Source: Candidatus Saccharimonadales bacterium
Lineage (GTDB): Bacteria; Patescibacteriota; Saccharimonadia; Saccharimonadales; JAYRRP01
Assembly (NCBI GenBank): GCA_041910055.1
Contig: JAYRRP010000006.1
Location: 5,057-69,056 of the forward strand
DNA: 64,000 nt
Reading direction: 5' to 3'
In this document: positions 8,717 to 17,871 of the stretch, piece by piece
Layout of the letters: every line of letters starts with the position of its first letter
Position numbering within the stretch: position 1 is the first letter of the stretch
Translations under genes and position numbers: made by a program
Notes under the pieces: model-generated
The model's input: only the letters and a program-made list of their open reading frames with translations
The model's database searches: none
What the model was told of the DNA's origin: nothing

Positions 8717-9238
8717 CTAAGTAGACTCTGCTGAAATATGTTCAGCAGTCAAGTCACCTATTTCTATTGGTTTTGAATCATGCTCAAGCTCTTCATTCGA
8801 AAGAATACCTATGCCAACTTCGGGCTGCCGTGTGTACATTGTGATATGAGTAGGTTGTAATGGCACTTCTTGGTGATATTGTCTGGAAAGTGACTCAAAG
8901 AATTCGTTAAGACCTGGCAATTTGACCATCATTATCAAGGTTCGTCGCTCGTCTCTCTCAACAAGTCTAAGCTGTTTAGTAGACTTAAAAGTTGCTATAT
9001 TTCTATGTTCGATGAAACTCCTAAACAAGTCTACGATTTCATTTTCAATTCGCTCCTTGTGACTCGGGTCAATGAGCTCAGCAATTCTTTTTGTACACAC
9101 CAGTGATATATGAAATTCTGACTTAATTAATAACTGAGTGCCTTCTATAATTATTTTATCTGGCAGACCGCGAAATCGGTTGACCCTTAAAATAATATAG
9201 CCTCGCTCGTATTCATATGGCGTTGGTAATTTTTCCAT
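8717..9238 (-). CDS. hypothetical protein, possible 2H phosphoesterase fold
   Basis: Start moved to MEKLPTPYEY so the gene clears tRNA-Leu. Two H-x-S/T-x motifs (FHISL and THITM) lie about 88 residues apart, as in LigT-type 2H enzymes. Confidence 0.45.
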   Translation of the reverse strand: MEKLPTPYEYERGYIILRVNRFRGLPDKIIIEGTQLLIKSEFHISLVCTKRIAELIDPSHKERIENEIVDLFRSFIEHRNIATFKSTKQLRLVERDERRTLIMMVKLPGLNEFFESLSRQYHQEVPLQPTHITMYTRQPEVGIGILSNEELEHDSKPIEIGDLTAEHISAEST

Positions 9239-9251
9239 AAAAGATTCAGCC

Positions 9252-9338
9252 TGGTGCGCGAGAGAGGACTTGAACCTCCACAGGATTGCTCCCACTACCC
9301 CCTCAAGGTAGCGCGTCTACCAATTCCGCCACTCGCGC
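9252..9338 (-). tRNA. tRNA-Leu (anticodon GAG), long variable arm, CCA encoded
   Basis: Minus-strand read: GCGCGAGTGGCGGAATTGGTAGACGCGCTACCTTGAGGGGGTAGTGGGAGCAATCCTGTGGAGGTTCAAGTCCTCTCTCGCGCACCA. Confidence 0.9.
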
Positions 9339-9403
9339 ATTACAAATGTCCCGTGGGGACTGCAAGCAATACTGTACCACATCTTATCAACTAGACATCT
9401 AAC

Positions 9404-11188
9404 CTACTTTTTTGGGGCCTCTTTTTGGCCGATCATCCACTCTTCTACATGTGAATACCGGTCGGCTGTGCTATTGAATGTCTCAGGATTAAATCCGGCG
9501 AGGTGGCCTCTTGTCACATAGAGAAAATGCGGCTGATAGAGGCTAATTGCCGGTACATCACGATTCCATGCCTCCAGGAAAGGATGATATTTGATTGCCC
9601 GCAGCGTCGGTTCTGCCCTGGTCCGCCCCCCCTCTAACGCCCTGTCAGCAACCAGTGACTTATACTCTGAAAAGTTTAGCCTTGTGGGTGAACGAAGATC
9701 TGCTTGCGAGCTATGCCAATAGGCAAAAATATCCGAATCGGCTCCAATTGATATGCCATACAGCAACGCATCGTAATTATGGAATGCAATGGTGGTTTGC
9801 AGGTCGCTTTCAGACTGCAGACTAAGTTGCACGTCGACACCTACCTGTCTCCACTGCTTTTGCAAAGTCTGACTCACGCGTGTGTACTCATCGTTTTCTT
9901 GCGAGAAGAGCCGAAATGAGAGTGGCTTGCCATTCTTTTCCCTAATGTTCTGGGCATTCAGCTTCCAACCGGCGTCATCAAGCAATTTAGCAGCCTTCAC
10001 TGGATCATTCACCGCCTGGCCAAGAGCCTTGTCATAGCCAATCTGTCCAACCAACAGAGGCTCGTGCACCGGTGTGACTGGCTCTGGGAATTCCTGCAAA
10101 ATAGCCGGCTGGTCTGTTGCCAATGCTAACGCCTGGCGAACTGTGGCATCCTGAAGTACTTCCTGGTTCATTTTTAAGAACACCATCACCGCGCTGGTAA
10201 GCGGTACATTGTATTCCTGGGTATCTATATCACTCTGAATATCGTGCGGAATTGCACTGATACCGGCTATAGCATTGAGTTCACGTTTACGGAAAGCATC
10301 TAGCAGCGAGTTCTCGCTATGGTATACCTTAAGGGTTATTTTATCTATTTTAGGCTTACCTTGGTGATAGTTTTCAAAAGGTAATAGACCAATATGCTGC
10401 TCTCGTTCTTCAGGAGTGTCGCCAGTGACTTCTACGCCCTCCCACTTGAAAGGTCCGCTTCCTATGGGTTTAGTATTAAACCCAACTGCCCGCAATTGAC
10501 TCTTAGGAATTGTTCCAAGCAAATGCTTAGGCACAATGCCTCCAGTCAACGAATGAGGGAAGGAGATCAAAGGATTTGGCAACTCAAAGACCACTGTTTG
10601 CGGATCAGGGGTGGTGATTTTCACTCCCTGCCAGCTAACCGCAAAAGGTGATTTTGTGTCAGGATTTTGGATTGTCTGATAGGTAAAGGCCACGTCTTCA
10701 GAAGTGAGTGCCTTGCCATCGTGCCAGTAAAGGTTTGGCCGAAGCTTTACTTCATAATGTGTACCCTTCTCATCCACCGACCACTCTTTTGCTAAATCCC
10801 CCTCTAACTGGTTATGCTGGTTATACTTCAGCAAGCCCGCAAATAAGAGGCGGGATATATTACTATCCGCATTTGTTGAAGCATAAATAGGGTTGGCATT
10901 TGTAAAATTACCGACAAAGCCCTCAGTATAAATACCTCCAGAAGCAGGCACACTATTCAGATAATACTTCCCGAGGGCACGGGTTTGCATAAAGACACAA
11001 CTGGCTAGAAGTACCAGCAGCAGAACCCATGAAACCGTAAACCGACGGACGCTGGCCAACTTGGCAAGACGCCTAAAAAAATGCCGTTCAAGATGTTCTT
11101 CGGTTTGTAGGCCGATTTCTTCTACTTGTTTTTTGCTGCGCCTGAAACGACGGCGCCACCTCAGTTTGGTGGTTCGATCAATCATCAA
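9404..11188 (-). CDS. ABC transporter substrate-binding protein, peptide/nickel family 5 (OppA/DppA-like), TM-anchored
   Basis: Length, N-terminal anchor and family-5 SBP-like sequence throughout. Confidence 0.8.
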   Translation of the reverse strand: MMIDRTTKLRWRRRFRRSKKQVEEIGLQTEEHLERHFFRRLAKLASVRRFTVSWVLLLVLLASCVFMQTRALGKYYLNSVPASGGIYTEGFVGNFTNANPIYASTNADSNISRLLFAGLLKYNQHNQLEGDLAKEWSVDEKGTHYEVKLRPNLYWHDGKALTSEDVAFTYQTIQNPDTKSPFAVSWQGVKITTPDPQTVVFELPNPLISFPHSLTGGIVPKHLLGTIPKSQLRAVGFNTKPIGSGPFKWEGVEVTGDTPEEREQHIGLLPFENYHQGKPKIDKITLKVYHSENSLLDAFRKRELNAIAGISAIPHDIQSDIDTQEYNVPLTSAVMVFLKMNQEVLQDATVRQALALATDQPAILQEFPEPVTPVHEPLLVGQIGYDKALGQAVNDPVKAAKLLDDAGWKLNAQNIREKNGKPLSFRLFSQENDEYTRVSQTLQKQWRQVGVDVQLSLQSESDLQTTIAFHNYDALLYGISIGADSDIFAYWHSSQADLRSPTRLNFSEYKSLVADRALEGGRTRAEPTLRAIKYHPFLEAWNRDVPAISLYQPHFLYVTRGHLAGFNPETFNSTADRYSHVEEWMIGQKEAPKK

Positions 11189-11197
11189 AGAATATGC

Positions 11198-11410
11198 CTA
11201 GGCAAGAATGCCAAAAATTAATGACAAGCCAAAAATTACTACGAGGATTATGGTAATCTGGTGGATTGTTTTGTCAGAGCCGCGTCGTACCGCGTTGACC
11301 TCGCCGCCACCGCCCAACCCAGCCCCAAGACTGGCACCACGTGTCTGCATTAAGATTAATATGCTCAGTAAAATAGTCGTTGCAATAGTGATGTAGTTAA
11401 AAATGCTCAT
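11198..11410 (-). CDS. secG: preprotein translocase subunit SecG
   Basis: 70 aa, two TM helices and a central Gly-rich loop (GASLGAGLGGGG). Confidence 0.8.
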   Translation of the reverse strand: MSIFNYITIATTILLSILILMQTRGASLGAGLGGGGEVNAVRRGSDKTIHQITIILVVIFGLSLIFGILA

Positions 11411-11416
11411 TCTTCT

Positions 11417-11779
11417 CTATCGTTCCTCAAGTATAGCCGTCACCAGATAGTTTACCAGTCCAATCACCATACCGGCAAGCATTGCGGCACCAAAATTAGT
11501 AACATGCAACGGGGCATAAAGTTTGCTAACCAGCATCACCATTAAACCATTTATCACAATCATGAATAATCCAAGACTAAAAAGGATTGCCGGCAACGAC
11601 AAAATCACCACAACCGGTTTAATGACAGCGTTGACCAGCGCGAGAATAAGCCCCGCAATGATAATAACGAACAGTTGGCTGTTATAGGTAATGCGGCTGC
11701 CTAACAGCCCTGCCGCAATCCATAAGCCAAGGCTACAGACAAACCACCGAAGTAAGAAACGGATAAAAGGACGGTCCAT
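11417..11779 (-). CDS. 4-TM membrane protein of the phage holin superfamily IV (DUF360-like)
   Basis: 120 aa. The pattern of four TM helices and residues such as FLLRWFV...AL.NA.IKP...L.LP resembles this family. Confidence 0.65.
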   Translation of the reverse strand: MDRPFIRFLLRWFVCSLGLWIAAGLLGSRITYNSQLFVIIIAGLILALVNAVIKPVVVILSLPAILFSLGLFMIVINGLMVMLVSKLYAPLHVTNFGAAMLAGMVIGLVNYLVTAILEER

Positions 11780-11799
11780 ATATTACGCTGTATTGTAGG

Positions 11800-13029
11800 T
11801 CAGTCGAGCAACCGAGGCAAGCCACTGCTTAAGCTTATAGCGCCTTTTTCAGTAATTAATATGTCGTCTTCAATACGTACGCCAATACCCTCACGGGCAA
11901 TGTAAATTCCTGGTTCAACAGTGAGAACCATACCTGCCTCGAGCGTCCTTGTATAGTCAGCCGCATCATGAACGTCTAACCCCAGGAAATGTGAGACTGC
12001 GTGAGGAAAGTACTCCTGCACCGATTGCTGCTCAATGGTTTTCATAAGACCCAGTGTCCGCAATTTTTCACCCGTAAAGAAACGAACCGCGTGTTCGTAC
12101 TCCTTAAGGTCAACTCCTGGCTTCAGTAAGCCAAGCGCATACTCGCTAATCTCATCTACCGTAGTCATCACTTCGTGTACGCGGGGAGATGGTTCACTAA
12201 TGGCCATAGTGCGTGTGATATCGGCTGCATAGTGACTCACTTCCGCGCCAGCGTCCACCAGCAAAAGTTCATTGGGTGAAAGCGCTTGATCATTAGCCAC
12301 GTAGTGAAGGGTACAGGCCCGTTTTCCTCCCGCCACAATTGGCTGATAAGCATGTCCCAAAGCGCCAGACTGGCGAAAGTGTTTGTTGAGCAGGGCTTCA
12401 ACTTCATATTCATAGGCAAACTTCTGCCTACGCCTATATATCTCCCGAAACGCTTTTAGTGTAATTTGAATTGCCTGTTTAATAGCATGTAGTTCAGCCG
12501 GTTGCTTCACCATTCGCATTGTTATGAATTGGGAACGTAGATCCAGCAATTCCAAGCGAGGATTTACTAATTTTAACCTCTCGATTAACCGCTGGCGCGA
12601 CGGATTAGAATAAAGGCCAAATTTTGATACATACGAGGGCGGGGCAGCCAGAGTCGCTACATGCTTCACCTTCTTCAAACGAACTTCTAAACGCTTCCAC
12701 CCCTCGCGATCATCAGTTATCGAATCAATTCCCGATATTTTTTGCAGATGATGATAGTCGGGTTCGCCATCAAACGCAACTCGGCTTTCATCCCTCCCTG
12801 GGACAATCAGATATTCTTCCTGTTTGTCCATTACAAGTACTACATCAGGTTCGTCACAACCAGTCAGGTACCAGAAATTACTATCTTGTCGAAAGGGAAA
12901 GGTCGTATCGCCATTTCTTTGCAACAATCCATTGGCACTAAGTACGATTGGCGCCGTACCAGTAAATAATTCACGCAAGCGGCGTCGGTTAGCGATAAAG
13001 AAGTCGGTCTCAAAAGCAGGTGTCAGCAT
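11800..13029 (-). CDS. Xaa-Pro aminopeptidase (M24B)
   Basis: M24 metal-ligand context: DAGAEV..YAADITRT, HAVSHFLGLDVHD, VLTVEPGIY, IRIEDD. Confidence 0.85.
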   Translation of the reverse strand: MLTPAFETDFFIANRRRLRELFTGTAPIVLSANGLLQRNGDTTFPFRQDSNFWYLTGCDEPDVVLVMDKQEEYLIVPGRDESRVAFDGEPDYHHLQKISGIDSITDDREGWKRLEVRLKKVKHVATLAAPPSYVSKFGLYSNPSRQRLIERLKLVNPRLELLDLRSQFITMRMVKQPAELHAIKQAIQITLKAFREIYRRRQKFAYEYEVEALLNKHFRQSGALGHAYQPIVAGGKRACTLHYVANDQALSPNELLLVDAGAEVSHYAADITRTMAISEPSPRVHEVMTTVDEISEYALGLLKPGVDLKEYEHAVRFFTGEKLRTLGLMKTIEQQSVQEYFPHAVSHFLGLDVHDAADYTRTLEAGMVLTVEPGIYIAREGIGVRIEDDILITEKGAISLSSGLPRLLD

Positions 13030-13050
13030 AAAATTCCTAGTATAGCAGTC

Positions 13051-14553
13051 TTAACTCTTGCGGTCAGCTCTTAAGTATTGGCGCAGTATAGTTGCCTTCT
13101 TTGGCCCTATGGCCTTCTCAAGTTCCCACTGGCGCGCCTGGACAATACCTTTATATGAACCAAATGTGGTGAGCAACTTCTTTCGTGTCGCAGGTCCGAC
13201 TGTAGGTATTTCGTCCAATCGGCTTGCTGTCTGCCGTCTTGTTTTCAATAAACTGTGGTAGCTTACCGCAAATCGATGCGATTCATCACGGATCCTTTGC
13301 AGTAGTTTTACCACATGTGAGTGCCGTGGCAATTGGATCCGCCAAAAGTTATCTTCTACATAAATGCGGGCACCCATCTTCGTTGCCCCTGTTTCATTAA
13401 ATGCTACTAATGAAAGGGTGCGATGCACCACTATTTCTTCTTCCCTTTTCGCCAGGCCGATCATAGGAATAGGCATTCGCCGTTCGTCCCGTGCTGCCGC
13501 TGCTGCTGTCAACTGACCCTTTCCCCCATCAATAAGCATCAAGTCAGGCTGCCCCCATTCTTTAAGGTGGCGGGCTTCGAGTCGGCGCCACAAAGCCTCA
13601 TGCATATGAGCAAAGTCATCATTTCCCGGCAGTCTCATTTTAAATTTTCGGTAGGCGGCCTTGTTTGGCAGTCCATTGATGAATACCACCATACTGGCCA
13701 CTGTATCTGTCCCTTGCTGATGGCTAATATCGTAACCCTCAATCTGGCGCGGTAACTGCTTAAGCCCCAGTAATTCCTTTAGCCCAACCAGTCCCTCATC
13801 TTTACTTATATCCAGAAACTCTTTATCAGAGAAAATTATCTGTTGGCCTACTCGTTTTAAAGCAAAAAGCCGATTGCGGGCAGCAGCCGCTTCTTCAAAA
13901 CGAACAGCTTTGGCATGACCTTCCATCTCTTCTTCCAACTGACGCAGCAATTGAACCCGTTCCCCTTTCAGATATTTCATAAGATTACGGAGGTTTTTTC
14001 GGTATTGCTCAAGACTTGTTTTTCCACCCTCCAGCCCTGGGCAAAGCCCTAGATGATACTGCAGACAGACACGCTTAGGTATAGTGTGCAGATGCGTTGA
14101 GTAAGGGAAGATGCGCCGTAGATACTTGAGCGCCCGCCGGACTTCGCCTGCTTGATAATATGGCCCAAAATACTTGGCGCCATCATCCAAGGGACGACGA
14201 GTAATACTGACAGTCGGATGCTCACTCTGGTATGTAATTCGGACGTAGGCGCTGCTTTTGTCGTCGCGAAGCAAAATATTATAAGGCGGCAAATATCGCC
14301 GCACCATCTCTGCTTCCAAAAAAAGTGCATCCATCTCGTTGTCGACTGTTATCCAGTCTACATCCGCAATTTCAGCAACTAATGCTTCAGTTTTTGGGTC
14401 ACGCGCCCGACTTGATTGAAAGTATTGTCGAACCCGGTTACGTAAAACCGCAGCTTTGCCAATATACAGCACCTTGCCCCGTGCATTTTTATGAAAATAC
14501 ACTCCCGGACCACGGGGCAATTTAGCCAGTTTATGTTCCAAACTCGTTTTCAC
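13051..14553 (-). CDS. uvrC: excinuclease ABC subunit C
   Basis: N-terminal GIY-YIG (GVYFHKN..VLYIGKA), UvrC endonuclease domain and C-terminal HhH. Confidence 0.9.
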   Translation of the reverse strand: MKTSLEHKLAKLPRGPGVYFHKNARGKVLYIGKAAVLRNRVRQYFQSSRARDPKTEALVAEIADVDWITVDNEMDALFLEAEMVRRYLPPYNILLRDDKSSAYVRITYQSEHPTVSITRRPLDDGAKYFGPYYQAGEVRRALKYLRRIFPYSTHLHTIPKRVCLQYHLGLCPGLEGGKTSLEQYRKNLRNLMKYLKGERVQLLRQLEEEMEGHAKAVRFEEAAAARNRLFALKRVGQQIIFSDKEFLDISKDEGLVGLKELLGLKQLPRQIEGYDISHQQGTDTVASMVVFINGLPNKAAYRKFKMRLPGNDDFAHMHEALWRRLEARHLKEWGQPDLMLIDGGKGQLTAAAAARDERRMPIPMIGLAKREEEIVVHRTLSLVAFNETGATKMGARIYVEDNFWRIQLPRHSHVVKLLQRIRDESHRFAVSYHSLLKTRRQTASRLDEIPTVGPATRKKLLTTFGSYKGIVQARQWELEKAIGPKKATILRQYLRADRKS

Positions 14554-14696
14554 AGTTATATATTATATTCCGCCTTCTAAAAACAGATAGTTATCCTTAC
14601 AAATCAAGAAAGACCAACGCCGCCACTATCACCGCACCAATCTTTAGCGCTTGCTTAGTAAATTCCTTGAATTCTTCGCCTTGACTATGTGACGCT

Positions 14697-15602
14697 TCAG
14701 CCTTGGACATAAGCGGAAGTTTTTTCTTTCGCGCACTTCTGGCTACAGAATTGCTGACCCCGCTTGACGCAATCAGGACAGATAAGAACCAAGTGGTTAC
14801 AGGCTAAATTGTGGCAATTCTCAAAATTACTAGTTTTGCTTTGGCAGTGAGTACACTGGCCGATATCTTTAGATGATTTTGAGGGCTTTTGTACCATCCT
14901 TTTGTCAAATATATACAACGCTCCCTCCCACAAACCCTGGTCACCATATTTCTCGATATACTTCACGATTCCGCCATCAAGTTGATACACATCCTTAAAG
15001 CCGCGATTCTTCATAAGTACACTCAGCACTTCACAGCGTACGCCACCTGTACAATAAGTTACGACTGGCTTGTCTTTGATCGGATCATATTTGCTACTTT
15101 CCAGCTCACTCACAAAATCGCGTGTGGTGCGTGTAGGAGGTACCACCGTATCCTTGAACTTGCCAACCTGGGCTTCATAGGCATTACGACCATCAAAGAA
15201 TATGACTTCATTACCTTTTGTCTGGACTAATTCGTGCAGCTGTTCCGGCTTAAGACGCTTGCCACCGCCGACTACGCCCTGTTCATTGACAATAACTTCA
15301 CGGGCAGCCTTAAAGGAGACCAGTTCATCGCGCACTTTCACACTTAAACGAGGAAAATCGTCGCGACTACCTTCACTCCATTTATACATAATGTTTTTGA
15401 AGATTACGGACTTATTCATTTCACGCTTATAGCGACGCAAATCTTCAAGGTCGCCGCCAAGCGTCCCATTGATACCATGAGGACTAATAATTATTCTGCC
15501 CTTTAAGTGCAGACGTTCACACAATTCCCGTTGCCACCGCATTGTCATATCGGAGTCTTTCACGGGTACAAACTTGTAGTAAAGAATCACCTTCTCCATC
15601 AA
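14697..15602 (-). CDS. trhO: rhodanese-domain tRNA uridine(34) hydroxylase (TrhO/YceA family)
   Basis: UPF0176 N-terminal region, rhodanese active-site loop CTGGVRCE and a C-terminal Cys cluster. Confidence 0.8.
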   Translation of the reverse strand: MMEKVILYYKFVPVKDSDMTMRWQRELCERLHLKGRIIISPHGINGTLGGDLEDLRRYKREMNKSVIFKNIMYKWSEGSRDDFPRLSVKVRDELVSFKAAREVIVNEQGVVGGGKRLKPEQLHELVQTKGNEVIFFDGRNAYEAQVGKFKDTVVPPTRTTRDFVSELESSKYDPIKDKPVVTYCTGGVRCEVLSVLMKNRGFKDVYQLDGGIVKYIEKYGDQGLWEGALYIFDKRMVQKPSKSSKDIGQCTHCQSKTSNFENCHNLACNHLVLICPDCVKRGQQFCSQKCAKEKTSAYVQG

Positions 15603-15637
15603 TCTGGAAGTGTAGCAAACTACCCCTGTTTTGTCAC

Positions 15638-15877
15638 CTATTTAGTTGGTAGCAATTGATCAATTTGCTGGGCCAATCGCGTATCACGTTCTAGAACTTT
15701 GCCTGCATCATGTGAAGTAAGGCTTATTTTTACACGACCCCATCCTAACTCAATATCAGGATGGTGGTTCGCCGCTTCAGCCAACTCTCCAACTTGGTCT
15801 ACAAAGGCCAGTGCTTGCTTAAAATCTGGAAAAGAATATTCTTTGACAAGTGCGTTCTTTTGACGTTGCCATTCCAC
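15638..15877 (-). CDS. 4a-hydroxytetrahydrobiopterin dehydratase
   Basis: 79 aa with the PCD signature region (AANHHPDIELGWGRVKISLTSHD). Confidence 0.8.
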   Translation of the reverse strand: MEWQRQKNALVKEYSFPDFKQALAFVDQVGELAEAANHHPDIELGWGRVKISLTSHDAGKVLERDTRLAQQIDQLLPTK

Positions 15878-16516
15878 TTATTCTTCCTCAGCGGATTCTT
15901 GAGCACCTTCTTCATCACTTTCGGCAGCTTCCTCACTGCTTTCTTCTTCAGACATCTGAGCCTTGGTTTCTTCAACTACTGCAATCGTATGCTCAGCCTC
16001 TGTCAGAATTGTCACGCCGGTTGGCACTGCTATATCAGCCACCGCCAGCTTGTCACCTATCTCTTCAAGACCCCCCGCATCCACATGAAGTTCGTCCACA
16101 AGATCTTTAGGTAATGCCTCTATTTCTACTGTGTCTAAGTTACGAATAACCATATAGCCAGCTTTCTCAGCTGGTATATCTTCGCTAAGGCGTATAGGCA
16201 CCTCTGTTTGCACAGTTTGGTTTTGTTCAATCGCATTAAACACTACGTGGCGAAGTTGGTGCTTTTTTGGCTCAAAATCCACATCTTTAATGATTGCTAA
16301 GTACTTGGCCTTTCCTAGTTGTAATTCGAGAGGAGCTGTTTTGCCGGCTTTTTGATAAACTTTTACCACCTCCAGATATGGGGCCATCACTATCTTTGAT
16401 TCCTTGCCGTGGTCATGGATAACCGCCGGGATCAATCCATCTCGACGAAGATGTTTAACTGCTTTGCCCCGCACCGGCCGCTCCTGGACTGCTAAGCCAA
16501 TATTAGAATCGCTCAA
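15878..16516 (-). CDS. rplY: 50S ribosomal protein L25/Ctc with acidic C-terminal tail
   Basis: L25 N-terminal domain (LRRDGLIPAV..). TTG start preceded by AAGGAGGG. Confidence 0.85.
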   Translation of the reverse strand: MSDSNIGLAVQERPVRGKAVKHLRRDGLIPAVIHDHGKESKIVMAPYLEVVKVYQKAGKTAPLELQLGKAKYLAIIKDVDFEPKKHQLRHVVFNAIEQNQTVQTEVPIRLSEDIPAEKAGYMVIRNLDTVEIEALPKDLVDELHVDAGGLEEIGDKLAVADIAVPTGVTILTEAEHTIAVVEETKAQMSEEESSEEAAESDEEGAQESAEEE

Positions 16517-16608
16517 ATTACCCTCCTTTTTCCGACCTTTGGCCGTTCCTAACCATTATAACAAAGAGCCTAGACGATATCTGCAAGAACATATAATCTT
16601 TAAGGTAC

Positions 16609-17262
16609 ATGTTCAACATCGAACACATCATAAATGCATGGGGAATTTTGGCAGTCGCATTAATTATCTTTGCGGAGTCAGGCTTACTCATAGGCTTCTT
16701 TTTGCCGGGTGATACACTCCTATTTGGTGCAGGCTTGGCAGCTTCCCAAGGACGAATATCGTTGCCCTGGTTGCTTATTGCAGTAATCGTAGCAGCTATA
16801 CTGGGTGACAACGTTGGTTATAGCATCGGTCATCGAACCGGCCACCGCATCTTTAAGAAAAAAGATGGCATACTATTCCGACAAGAATACCTCGAAAAAG
16901 CCTCGGATTTTTATAAGCGGCACGGTGGCAAGACTATTATCATTGCCCGCTTTACTCCCATTGTAAGGACTTTTGCACCAGTGGTGGCAGGCGCCAGCAA
17001 GATGCCTCGTAATAAGTTCGTACTGTTTAACGTAACTGGCGGGGTGCTCTGGGGAGGCGGCATGACCTTGCTCGGATATTTTATTGGCAATCGTATTCCA
17101 CACCTGGATCAATATATCGAGCTCGTCATATTTGGGGTGGTATTCGGCAGTCTCGCTTTGTCTATCACCCATATACTCACTAAAAAACAAAGCCGCCAAG
17201 CATTATTTGGTGGTTTAAAATCAGGCTTCCGCAAAGTAGTGGCCGGCAAAAATACCGAGTAG
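16609..17262 (+). CDS. DedA family membrane protein
   Basis: SNARE-associated/DedA pattern (FAESGLLIGFFLPGDTLLF...GDNVGY..G). Confidence 0.85.
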   Translation: MFNIEHIINAWGILAVALIIFAESGLLIGFFLPGDTLLFGAGLAASQGRISLPWLLIAVIVAAILGDNVGYSIGHRTGHRIFKKKDGILFRQEYLEKASDFYKRHGGKTIIIARFTPIVRTFAPVVAGASKMPRNKFVLFNVTGGVLWGGGMTLLGYFIGNRIPHLDQYIELVIFGVVFGSLALSITHILTKKQSRQALFGGLKSGFRKVVAGKNTE

Positions 17263-17327
17263 CCTGCTAGGCCACTAGTTATTAAGTAACGAGGATACAC
17301 TACCCACGACTACGTTGTTTGGGTAAG

Positions 17328-17864
17328 TTACACGCCTTTATTCTCAGGCGCCTGCATTTCTTGACTTACTTCAATCCACTGCTCAAGTCCTGAGCCGCGC
17401 AGTGGAAGAGAATACTGTCCGGGACGCATTTCGTGCATACGTTGCCATTCATGTGCCACATCTTTATCACGTTGTAGAGGATTCTGTACCTGTCCTAGAC
17501 CTGGCTCACGTTCGATAAGATCGCTAGCCAGTGCTTTCCCTTCCTCCCATCGTCGTTCGATATAATCATGTAACTTAGAGACCTTCTCAGCGGATAACTC
17601 CGTTCCCCAGTCTAGTTCCTGTTCAACAGCTGCCGCCTTCATCATTTCCCGAACCATGCTACCCAGCCGATGACTAAGGTTACGGTGGGTCATTTGTTTT
17701 GGCGTCCTGATATTTTCCAGTGGCTCTTCGGGTCGGTAGGCATTGTGGTAGGCTATTTCTTCCTCTCTTGGATGACGGTACACAAATGCCACATAGTAAT
17801 AACATTCTGCCCATGTAGCTGATGGGCTTGGGTTTTCATGAGTGAGCTCCTGTTGTTTCTCCAT
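17328..17864 (-). CDS. hypothetical protein (178 aa)
   Basis: Clean ORF immediately downstream of uvrA. No motif recognised. Confidence 0.5.
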   Translation of the reverse strand: MEKQQELTHENPSPSATWAECYYYVAFVYRHPREEEIAYHNAYRPEEPLENIRTPKQMTHRNLSHRLGSMVREMMKAAAVEQELDWGTELSAEKVSKLHDYIERRWEEGKALASDLIEREPGLGQVQNPLQRDKDVAHEWQRMHEMRPGQYSLPLRGSGLEQWIEVSQEMQAPENKGV

Positions 17865-17871
17865 AAGGCAT

